From Octopus bimaculoides (Eukaryota), in NCBI RefSeq assembly GCF_001194135.2, contig NC_068997.1, positions 16,260,446-16,293,156 of the forward strand: a DNA stretch of 32,711 nucleotides. Reading direction: 5' to 3'. The position numbers and the translations under genes are program-made. Shown here in pieces: positions 22,225 through 32,711 of the stretch; positions within the stretch are counted from its first letter, which is position 1, and every line of letters begins with the position of its first letter. The notes beneath the pieces were generated by a model. That model ran no database searches, was not told where the DNA came from, and saw only the letters and a program-made list of their open reading frames with translations.

Positions 22225-22432
22225 CAAGCTAGGAGATCCTTGTTTAAGCAGATCTGTGATCAAAGGCATGCCACCCGAGTTCCACTTAATCTCTTTGTAT
22301 AATAGGACTCCTATATCGAATGTCACCTTTTTGTTTGTTTCGTTCTTTTTTTTTTCGTTTTTTTTTTTTTCTTAAGATAGCAGAATCACATTGAAGATTT
22401 GGTTGCTAGTTCTAGCAAGTTCAGTGACTGTG
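22225..22432 (-). mobile_element. Family C copy
   Basis: GCAGATCTGTGATCAAAGGCATGCCA...GATTTGGTTGCTAGTTCTAGCAAG, collinear with 12649-12815. Confidence 0.65.
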
Positions 22433-23599
22433 TAAAACTTCCATTATATTATTGGCGATGGCATTGGTGTAGGTTTTGAAACATCTTCGTTATTGATGGT
22501 CCTGCTTGTGTGTTGTGTGTGTGTGTGTGTGTGTGTTTGCTTGCTCGCGCCTGTGTGGTTTTAGTTGAGGTGGGCGACCGATGTTGGTTGAGCTGGAGAA
22601 CTGGTAAGGGGAGGTGAAGCGCCCTGGGTGATGAGTTTAGTTGACAGGCGAGCCATGTTTAAGTTGTAAACATCCACTGTAAAGGTCATTGTAATTCTCG
22701 TTTTGTCTTTTATATTTTTCTCTGCTATTGCACCCAGAACTTCACACTAGAAATGTGTAATTCTGTGTATGCATACGGGATTTGTATGTTTCTGCATAAG
22801 TAGACATACATACATACATACATACTTCGTTTAGATATATATGAGTATGTCTAGATATGCAACTATATGCATGAGAATACATAGATAAGGCAAAACGTAC
22901 AGATCTGCACATACATACATACATACATACATACATACATACCATGCTGTTGATGTTGAAATTCCAATGAAGGAACCTTGGATCTAGGTTAGAAACCGAC
23001 TCTTTCTCTATTGGCAAGAAATCTTGAAATAAAACTGAACGATGACATACATGGCCATGTATACATTGTCTCATGGTTCCTCGTGTGTATGTATGTAGTA
23101 AACAGATAAGATCCAGAGATTCTCAGAATGGAAAACACTTTGTAGAGCTCAAATGATTGGAACTGAGACACGAGGGGACCAATTCCACGGCGTAAAGGGT
23201 GGCCGGCTATAAGATGAGTCAGGATGGGTATGTATGTATACATTGTCTCGTGGCTTCTCGTGTGTGTGTGTGAGTGAGTGAGTGCACGCGCGCTAGTCAG
23301 TATGTTAGTTAGTTTCACGTCATGTCTGCCGTTATTGTCTTCAGAAAATTAACAATGAATGTCACACGATATGATTTTGTAATTAAAAGTAAAACAGTCG
23401 GTATCCGCCATATCTCTTACACGATTTATCAATGATTGCGGCGAGGTGCCTGTTGGTCTACGTTGTATATGCATCAAAATCTGACCACATGGCAAAGGAG
23501 AACTTTACGAAAAGTTAAATTTCTTTCTTCTCCTTGACACTCTTGTCTTTTATTGTGATTTCATGTTCTGAGTTTTGCCGACGGCGTGGATGATTATTG

Positions 23600-23915
23600 T
23601 ATCTTTCACGTGTTTCAATCATTGGATTGATGCAACGTGTTGGAAGGTTCTAGTCGAACAAACCGATCCCACTACTTATTCACTATATCATGTTTTGTAT
23701 CGGCCTCTTTTGCCGAACCACTGGTTCTCGCGGTTGTGGGGTGACAAACAAGCGCATCCGCGCGCGCACATGCGACAGGTTTCTTTCAGCTTCCATCTAC
23801 CAGATTCACTTGGAAGAATTTGGTCGGCCCAAGGCTATAGTATAAGACACTTGCCGAAGGGACTGAACATGGAACCATGTATTTGGGGAGTAAATTTCTT
23901 ACTACACTGCCACAA
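23600..23915 (-). mobile_element. SINE family A, diverged
   Basis: CTCTTTTGCCGAACCACT...CGACAGGTTTCTTTCAGCTTCCATCTACC...TTTGGTCGGCCCAAGGCTATAGTATAAGACACTTGCC...GGACTGAACATGGAACCATGT. Confidence 0.85.
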
Positions 23916-24171
23916 AAGTTTTCACTGAAGTGAAAAAGCAACATGACTTCAGATAAGTAATTTAAGGGTTGTTGTACAGGATGATTTATGCAAAAGCAAG
24001 AAAAGAAATCAATTATATGAAATTTCTTTTAGTTAAGGAAAAGAAAAACCTAGCGGTATTTGTTTAAACGCTCAAAAACCAAAGGGGGAGATAATTTCAA
24101 GAAATTAAAGATTGATTTCACAAATTTAATATTGTCTCGGAGAAAATCATATCTTGTTTTGCTAGCTAAGG

Positions 24172-24319
24172 CACTAGCGTAGGTAGGGGGAGTGAAGGGG
24201 TGGTCCAACACCGGCGGCACCACTTCTGGATCTGCTGTAGGCAATATGTATTTGGCGGGCGGGGGGAGGGGGGTACTGAAGGGCCGCCCCGAGCGGCACA
24301 CACTCTATTTACGCCAGTG
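24172..24319. mobile_element. Candidate 148-bp MITE
   Basis: Terminal inverted repeats CACTAGCGTA / TACGCCAGTG (9/10 match) around a GC-rich body in AT-rich flanks. No convincing TSD. Confidence 0.6.
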
Positions 24320-24506
24320 GGCCAACTTCGTCAAAATATCATCGTCTACTCAAAACTTGCTTTGATCAATATTGAAGCGTCTTTTTAAAAATATAATAGT
24401 CGCAAAGGTCAGTGAAAAATTTACGCAATTAAAACAGTAAATTGACCAAAAGGAAGGAAGTAGGCTATTGGCATGAATTTAAAATAAGTTTTATATACAC
24501 ATATTT

Positions 24507-24941
24507 CAGGACTGGATTCAGTTTTAAGTAAAACCAGCAGCACGTGTTTATGAAATCAATGATGGGAGCGCCACATGTGTATCGGAATTTCCCATGCAGC
24601 ATACGGAGCAGTTGAATTATGTCCCCGTTAAAAAAATAATGTCGAAAATATGCGTTTTCTGTTTTTTCTGTTGCATTAATTATAAGTAATAATTTCCTTG
24701 CGTTGCTTACTGCATTTTAATCTTAATGAAAAAAAAAAAAGTGATCACGTCATATTTGATTTCGTTGTGAGGTCTGCGTTGAGGGGGTGTCAAGGAAGAA
24801 ATATTGGATTTTTAATCTATTATATCACATTATACACCACTCATGCCTTAATTGCATGTCACCCAGACAATGGACAAAGTTGAGGGGGTGCACCATTGTT
24901 GGGCTCTGCTTCAGGTATCAGTTGACCTTAATCCGGCCTTG
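24507..24941. mobile_element. Candidate 435-bp non-autonomous DNA transposon (CAGGG-start, hAT-like TIR)
   Basis: Left end CAGGACTGGATTCAG; right end reverse complement CAAGGCCGGATTAAG (11/15 identical; both near CAGGGCCGGATTAAG). TSD unclear. Confidence 0.5.
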
Positions 24942-25422
24942 AAATGTGTGTGTGTGTGCGCGCGCGCTTCTAGTTACAAACGTTTACAACAGTTTCTTTA
25001 GGTACGATTGTTATTCGTAATCCGTAGTTGTAATCTAAGTACTAGTATATTTCATTGATATGAGAACGGAACTAAATCACAAACATACGTACGTACGTAC
25101 ATACATACATACATACGTGTATATATGTGTATGTATGTAGTGTATATGAGTTGTGTTCATGATTTTTTGTTTAAGACAGAAACAAACTTTTCTATGTGGT
25201 CATCTATGATTAAATATGTAATAACATCTGATTTGTGTGAGTGTGTGTGTATCTGATGGCATGTTTGTGTGTGTAGGGGCTTATCTTTAGAAGCTAAGTG
25301 CATCGCGTAACAGGATCCAGACTGTCTCCTGACCACAGACATTTTAGCTCACTTGGGACTAACTAGAGATAGTTGTGAAAAGATAGAAAAAAGAAAATTG
25401 AAAGAGAAGTTACACTAATAGT

Positions 25423-25454
<32 letters not shown>

Positions 25455-26596
25455 AACTGCAGAATAAAAAAAAATAAAGAAAGAAATAATTAAATAATTT
25501 GCATTGATCGTGTTGTATGTAATTAAAAAATATAGCTCACTGTCATTGGTTTCGATTCCTCTTTGGTTGATACCAAAATTACATTCGGGGCTGTTAATCT
25601 GACCGTACACTTTTACGAAATGCTGTTATGTCAAAGTGACTAAGATAGGTAGGATATTTACCTGAGAGAAGAGATAAGCGGTAGGTAGCTATATTTAATA
25701 TAGTTACATGCGCTGGTATAACAACTTATTGACAACAAATGTTGTTCCCGGCCTCGTCTTCTTATTGTGTCTCTCTTTACGGTCTGCGTTGCTTTAATGC
25801 TCATCAGAAAGTCATGAACGTCGCAGTTTTCTAACTTCCTCCCTCCTTAAATCTTTAAATGTCTCGGCCCTTCGTGCAGAACTATCTTGGCAGTCTTTAC
25901 AGGCCTTTGCGCAAATAAATGTACTGGGCCTTATAGTATTATCATAGTACTTTTTGACAGCAAATCACAGCATACATCGATCAGAATAGGCTCCCGGCCC
26001 TTGGGTATATGTCTGAAGGCGATGCTGCCCCCTTTAGTCGAAGGAAATCAATCTTGTTCGATGCATTGTAGATTTAGACAGGCAGGCAGGTAGATAGATA
26101 GATAGATAGATGAACGTGCAATGGTGGAGAGAAAGGCATGAGGGAAAGAAACAATGAGGAAACATTGAATGAGAGAGACAGAGTTGTGTAATATATATAA
26201 GCAAGAGGGTGGAAACAAAAAAGAAAAAAAGAATGATAGTATTGAGATGAGGACAAACTAAATTATATAAGACATTAAAAGCCTTGCTACAACACACGTG
26301 TGTGTATATATATATATACATATATATATAAGGAACGAATACTTCCACCCAACAAGACAGCGAACACTGTCTGAATCTGGATACGCTTGCGTGATTTCGA
26401 TATAACAGTGAGTCGAGGGTTGGTGTGAGTGCTGAGCAAGGGAATGAATTGTGAATGACATGGAGGGGGGGAAGGGGTAGTAAGAGAAATTCAGAAGCGG
26501 GGTGGTATTGTAGATGAAATAGAGCTGGAGGGAGAAGGGTGGCGCTAGACGAATAAGTGCGATTGGGTGTATGGAGATATATATCTATCTATCTGG

Positions 26597-26636
<40 letters not shown>

Positions 26637-27311
26637 TTATTTATCTATCAGCCTGTCTGTCTATCTAGCTACCTATCTATCTGTCTGTCCGTATCATAAA
26701 TATTTCTCAGTTACTATAAGATTGTACTTCGTGCAGTCTACACAAATAATAATAGACTTGGGAAAATCTAGAACAATAAATATTGAATCCGTAAAAAAAA
26801 GCAGCAAGTCTCTTGGAGTTTTAATGACAGTCAAGAGACAGAGAGGGGGGGGAGATGGATAAGTCTTGCTGGGCCGAATTTGCGAAGAAATCCAGGATCC
26901 TTTGTTATCCTTCGAATTTCACTTCTCGTTTTATATGAATTACNNNNNNNNNNNNNNNNNNNNNNNNNNNNNNNNNNNNNNNNNNNNNNNNNNNNNNNNN
27001 NNNNNNNNNNNNNNNNNNNNNNNNNNNNNNNNNNNNNNNNNNNNNNNNNNNNNNNNNNNNNNNNNNNNNNNNNNNNNNNNNNNNNNNNNNNNNNNNNNNN
27101 NNNNNNNNNNNNNNNNNNNNNNNNNNNNNNNNNNNNNNNNNNNNNNNNNNNNNNNNNNNNNNNNNNNNNNNNNNNNNNNNNNNNNNNNNNNNNNNNNNNN
27201 NNNNNNNNNNNNNNNNNNNNNNNNNNNNNNNNNNNNNNNNNNNNNNNNNNNNNNNNNNNNNNNNNNNNNNNNNNNNNNNNNNNNNNNNNNNNNNNNNNNN
27301 NNNNNNNNNNN

Positions 27312-27350
<39 letters not shown>

Positions 27351-30174
27351 TATACGTATATATGTGTGTGTGTGTGTATTGGGAGGGGCAGGCAGAGGTG
27401 ACAGGAAGGAGGAGTTGTACTAGATTTAGTGGTTAAGTGGTGTCGTCGAAGGAGGACGTCGCAACAGTAGTGGTAGTAGCAGTTGTTTGTTGTGTGTGTG
27501 TGTGTGTGATGCGAAGTGAAGAGGAGAGCAAAGCTGGAAGAGTCTTTGACGAGGAGGAGGAGGAGGAGAGGAAGAGAAAGTAAAGGCGGAAGAATTGAAG
27601 CGGTAGCGAGGTGCAGCAGCAGTGAGGTGAAGTAAGAGGTGGAGTGAAAAGAGGAGGAAGAGGAGGTTGTGTTCACTGCCAATATAATTGCTTTGCTTGT
27701 CTGGCCAAATCAATGCTGACTACTGTGTGTGTGTGTGTATGCGTGTGTATGCTCGTGTTGCTTCGTGCTGGTGTGTGTGTGTGTGTGTAATGTGTAAAGA
27801 TTATAATGACAGGGGGAGTGGAGAAAGACACCACCCACTACTGCTGTTGCTAATACTACTACTACTACTACTGCTGCTGCTATTAATACCTTTAATGAGG
27901 CAAAATTGCAGCAGCCGGAACGAAATTGGGAGGAGTAGTGGGAGTAGGTGTAAAGATATATATGAAAGTGTGTGAAGCTGCATATACAATACACAGCGTA
28001 CATATATGCATATCCATACACACACACGTTATGTATATGTGTGTGCGCGCGTTGTGTGTGTATGTGTAAATATATAATTATACTGGTCGTTAGCCACAAG
28101 TCTTGAGTAAAATTCTCCGACGAAAAGTGTTCCAGGTGTGACCATCCCATCTTTTTGTGTGTGAATATATATACATATATATAGTGGTAGATTATACAAA
28201 GTATCTTTCCTTTCTTTTTTAACATGATTGGGTTTGATCTGAGGGAATTCAGTTTCTATTTCTAGCGGGGCAGAGCGATCATGCAAGTCCCCTTTCTAGC
28301 TCGTATTTTTAACATGTATAAAATATAAATTACATCGGCGAAGTTTCACGTAGTCGGTCTGTTTGGGAAAAAATATGAACAGCACAGTTCTTTTACACAA
28401 GCTAATCCAGGAGCCGCAACGTGGTCGTTCGACCTGCTAGAAATACTAGTCCAATCGCTAACTAATTGCTCCGACTTCGAATTATACTCCCCCCCCCCCT
28501 CAACTCCTTAATCTTTATGGGGAAGCGTTGTAAAGTTGCTCTCAAAGTTCTCCGATTTCTTACCACATGGAGGAGCCGTTTTCAATTGAGGTGCTTCTCT
28601 TTGAGGCATTTTGGAGAAATGTATTGACTGTAACGTTTGTTCCTGTTTTTATAATGTCCACAGAGGTCGACTCTATTGGTGGCTCTCAACAACAATGACG
28701 AAATTAAATAATAATTTTATAATGCGTTAAGTTGTACGTGGCTTTATTAAAATCGTTACGAGTGTTTGTCTATCGCTATCTTCCTGTGACTGCTAGCAAG
28801 CTCGATATATAGATAGACAGGTAGATAAGGAGTATGAGAAATCTGTTATAATTGTTGTTATAGAAAGATCCGAGTTCAAACCTCACCGAACTCGAGGTGT
28901 GTGTGTGTGTGTGTGTATATATAATATCCGTTCGGCGGCTGCTGACGGAGGGACTTAACATGTTTACGTCCGTCTATGTTTTCGCTTTTCTTTTACCGTT
29001 GCATCCTGTCCGACTGTGCCAACATTTCTTTTCCATATGTGAACGCATAGCATGTGTTTATGCGTGTGTGTTTGTGTGTGTGTGTGTGTGTGCTCTCATA
29101 TAAACATATCTGCGTGAGTGTATGTAGGGAAAATAAAGAACTGATTTTATTATTGATAAAAAAAAAATAATAATAATCCGAAACAAACTACCTAAATCTA
29201 ATCCCGTCCACACACACACACACACGATCTTTAATCCTTTTCTTGAGATTTTTAATTTATTTAATGTTTTCTTTTTTTACCTCCTCTCCCTATCTGACTG
29301 ATTTCAATAGCTTCTCTCATTTATTTTAATAAATTGATCAGTTTCCATTCTCAACTCTATCTAGCTTCCTAGTCTATCTCCTTGCTCTCCTCCTCCTCTC
29401 TCTCTCGTTCTCCTTTCTCTCTCTCCCTCTTTTCATTCAACTCATTAAAAAAAAACCTACTCGCCGTTTTTTTTTTCTTTTTTTGCTCTGTATTTTAATA
29501 TATGTCTTACTCTTCTTCATACGAGACTCGGCGCAGGTAGGTTTGATGTATATCTAATCGTTGCCTCTGCTACTAATGGGATAAATTTTACTTCACGCGA
29601 GGAAAATGTACATAAATATACAGACTTAAAAGTGTAAGTATATACATCGTGGTGCTGACGTTACGATTGAGAAATATCTTCACACACACACACACACATA
29701 ATGATGATGATGATGATGATGATAGGAATTGCTTTGCGACTAGACTTCAGAACTTTAAAGAATGCAAACAGAACGAGTAATTATGAATCGTTGATTTTCT
29801 TTGAATGTGGTTTCGATTCCTAGACTCGCCTCACGATATTTTCTTCCGATTTGTATTTTTATTCGCACACACACACACACACACACACACAAATAAATTA
29901 ATGACTACGACTGTTATTTGTCTCACAACGGCTAGTTTTTCATCTTGTTCTTGTCTGTGTGCTGTATGTTTTTCTTCTTACGGAACCTGTGTGTGTCTGT
30001 TCTATACATATATGTATGTATGTTTATGTGCGTGTCTATGTTTATGCACTGTTGTATGTATGCACGTATGTATGTATGTACGTATGTGTGTGTGTATTTC
30101 TAATATGAAGGTATGCAGATGCCGTTGCTGCTTTTTTCTCCTCTCGCTCCTCCTCCCTCCTCCTCCTCCTCCAC

Positions 30175-30400
30175 CCATCACGTACGTCTTCTGCTTCTTC
30201 TTCGCTCTAACCCGGAACGTTGCAGCGGAAAACAATGTCTACACACGGTTTTGTGCACCCGAACACACACACACACACACACACGCATCCGATCAGCGAG
30301 CTGTCGGTCGCGAACACAGCTACTCAAGCGCGGGCTTCACGCACAGCCAGCAGAGAGAGAGAGAGAGAGAGAATCCTCTCTGTGCGTGGTCGCTCATTCC
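30175..30400. promoter_or_regulatory. CpG-dense patch, possible promoter or enhancer
   Basis: About 20 CpG dinucleotides in about 225 bp by eye, flanked by CT, CA and GA repeats; contains CCCGGAAC (ETS-like). Confidence 0.25.
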
Positions 30401-30550
30401 CTCCCTCATAGCAAAAGACAGTCATTTTTTGGTTTTGTTTAGTTTCTTTACTTTTTTTTTTTTTTGGTTTTTGATGTTTGGAAAGACACTTTTGGATGAT
30501 GACACATTAATCCTCAACAAAAAGAAAAAAAAAGAGGAAATGAAAAAGAA

Positions 30551-30623
30551 CTGGATAGTTATGGCTGGAATGCCTTTGTCCATAGGCCTGCTCAATCAGG
30601 CTAACATGGGACAAAAACTACAA
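30551..30623 (+). mobile_element. Family C 3' end
   Basis: TATGGCTGGAATGCCTTTGTCCATAGGCCTGCTCAATCAGG...GGGACAAAAACTACAA is the reverse complement of 12649-12720. Confidence 0.65.
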
Positions 30624-30953
30624 TATGTAGTAGTAGTAGTAGTAGTAGTAGTATGTTGATTCTTTTTAAAAATGGACAAGGAAGTCTAAGTTATCTGACA
30701 TAATGGGAAAAATCAGAATAGAAAAAAAATTGAAGGAGAAAGTGTTAATTGAAAAAAATATAGCATTTTTAGATGTAGTGATAGTAATGGTATTAAGTGG
30801 ATGATAATGGTATTAGATGGTATGGTCCGTCTAAACTTTTTTTCTCTCTCTCTCTGAATCCCAGTTAAACCGTAAATGAATGATTTGAGATGCATCTGCC
30901 ATGAAATCTGAAAAAAAGAGCATTTGTTTCCGTCTGTCAGTTAGCAATCCCCG

Positions 30954-30996
<43 letters not shown>

Positions 30997-32037
30997 ATAA
31001 AAGTCCTTTGGATTGTTAGTCAGGAAGGGAAAAAAGAACGTGGTATGACTTGTGGTTTAAGAAAATAAAGTTAGAAAAAGAAGCAATCCATGTCTTTAAT
31101 AGCTATTGTGTCGTAAGGCATGAAAAAAGTTGAGAATGTTGGAGTGAGCGAGATATACGGAGATGTTCATGTATATATATCATAATTTAGTAAAACGGAA
31201 AACAAAGAAGAGAAAAAAAAAAAGCAAGATCATCTCGAATCAAAATAGACATACAGTTATATCGGGAGTCAAAACCACATTTGGCTCACCGAAATTTATC
31301 ACTCGGGCCCGAAAACTTACTGTTGTGGATTTAGCCTCTAGGTATAATCTGTGACTTGAGTAAATCGTGATCTAAACAACATGCCAGCCATGACTGTTGC
31401 CATTTGTAAACTTGCTTACAAACATGTGTCTGTTTGGGTATTTCTGTATAGTTTAAAAGTCTTCTTTAAGACTAGTCGGTGCTCGCCAACTTTTGAAGTG
31501 GATTTTGAAAAGTTTTTTTTGCTCATCAGATTATTTTAAATTAATCTGTTGTTTAATAAAAAAAAAATCAGTATTTCCTACAAGCATACTTTTAAAAACA
31601 CAAACACTCATATTCTATGATTTAAACACAATGCATTGTTGGAAAACACTCACACGCGTTATACATGCATTCAGGTATACATACATATTTTCTCATGGAG
31701 GACAACTAATAGATGATAATTGAACGACACAAAAACCACCTGCAGTTGGTTTAAATTATATGGCTAACGACTGCTACATTTTGGCTGCTGGCCTGTCCGA
31801 GAAACACGACTGTTTCTGCTCGTTCATCAGTCTCTATGCATATCTTTTTTCTTTTTTTCTCCTTATGCGTGCTTATGAAAATAATGCATTTTGTAAATGC
31901 CATGGGTTTTCCAAAAGTTAAGCATTATGTCCTTAATATAAATTGGTTTCAGGCACCGTGCTGTAGTTTGATTTACGTCTGGAAAGTATTCTGCTTTGGA
32001 TTATTTCCTCGTAATTAGCATTTCTTCTGGCTATTTA

Positions 32038-32190
32038 TTATTCTGAGTTCAAGTACCGCTGAGGTCAGCTTTGCTTTTCATTTTCGACAGAGTTACTTTA
32101 AGCACCGTTACAAACATTGAGATCGATGTAGTCGACTGGTAGCTCACCCCCAAAAATAAATTGTTAGCCTGGTGCCAAATTATGAACCCC
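32038..32190 (+). mobile_element. 5'-truncated SINE family B
   Basis: TTCTGAGTTCAAGTACCGCTGAGGTCAGCTTTGCTTTTCAT...GATCGATGTAGTCGACT...GCCTGGTGCCAAATTATGAACC. Confidence 0.75.
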
Positions 32191-32200
32191 ATATCTCCTC

Positions 32201-32214
32201 ATACCTAACGATGC

Positions 32215-32250
<36 letters not shown>

Positions 32251-32264
32251 GCATCGTTAGGTAT
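32201..32264. repeat. 64-bp perfect palindrome centred on (TA)14
   Basis: ATACCTAACGATGCAAGG-(TA)14-CCTTGCATCGTTAGGTAT; the arms are exact reverse complements. Confidence 0.97.
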
Positions 32265-32519
32265 ATATATATATATATATAGAATTTAGTTATGCCAATG
32301 CCCTATAAGTGGTGTTTATATATATGTATATATATATATAAGGAAATGACACGAGAGTGGAGGATAACGGGCTTTAACAATTGTAGATCATACACATACA
32401 CACAACATTATATTGTATAATATTGAGTATGTGCATGCAACGCAATCTATAGTTATGCATTTCACACACACACATTTATATATAACAATTCTTATTGTAC
32501 GTGTTTCATGCATCCTGAC

Positions 32520-32520
<1 letters not shown>

Positions 32521-32559
<39 letters not shown>

Positions 32560-32584
32560 AATATTTATATATAAATATATATAA

Positions 32585-32616
<32 letters not shown>

Positions 32617-32628
32617 GAATATATATAA

Positions 32629-32671
<43 letters not shown>

Positions 32672-32711
32672 AATATTTATATATAAATATTTATATATAA
32701 ATATATATATA
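32521..32711. repeat. Near-pure AT minisatellite with palindromic 14-bp unit ATTTATATATAAAT
   Basis: Exact units at 32549, 32563, 32661, 32675 and 32689, embedded in (TA)n; a single G in about 190 bp. Confidence 0.9.

Noticed and set aside
31163-31354. KLTVVDLAS resembling the kinesin switch II motif KLNLVDLAGSE
   Set aside because: The invariant GSE is missing, there is no suitable splice acceptor, and the upstream sequence is poly-A derived.

Overview
Eukaryotic, AT-rich, microsatellite-dense, essentially non-coding window with five N-gaps (462-471, 3162-3235, 13787-14163, 18310-18784, 26944-27310). The SINE families and repeat landscape look like an octopod cephalopod genome; this is recalled similarity, not a database result. 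I recognise no complete host gene, and nearly all ORFs in the supplied track are microsatellite, gap or SINE artefacts. Supportable content: (i) many copies of at least four short interspersed element families (A, B and D with clear tRNA-like heads); (ii) a 5'-truncated R4/Dong-type non-LTR retrotransposon 3' end with an intact 72-aa C-terminus, inserted in an (AAT)n microsatellite (12075-12370, minus); (iii) a decayed Penelope-like GIY-YIG endonuclease (21254-21464, minus) with a hammerhead-like relic about 300 bp downstream, plus two more hammerhead-like relics (4868-4898, 22964-23000); (iv) two candidate MITEs; (v) a palindromic (CCCTAA)-(TTAGGG) interstitial telomeric junction; (vi) a 64-bp perfect palindrome; (vii) weak promoter-like motif clusters and two weak candidate exons. 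I see no evidence for a new multi-gene system; the most interesting signals concern retroelement biology.
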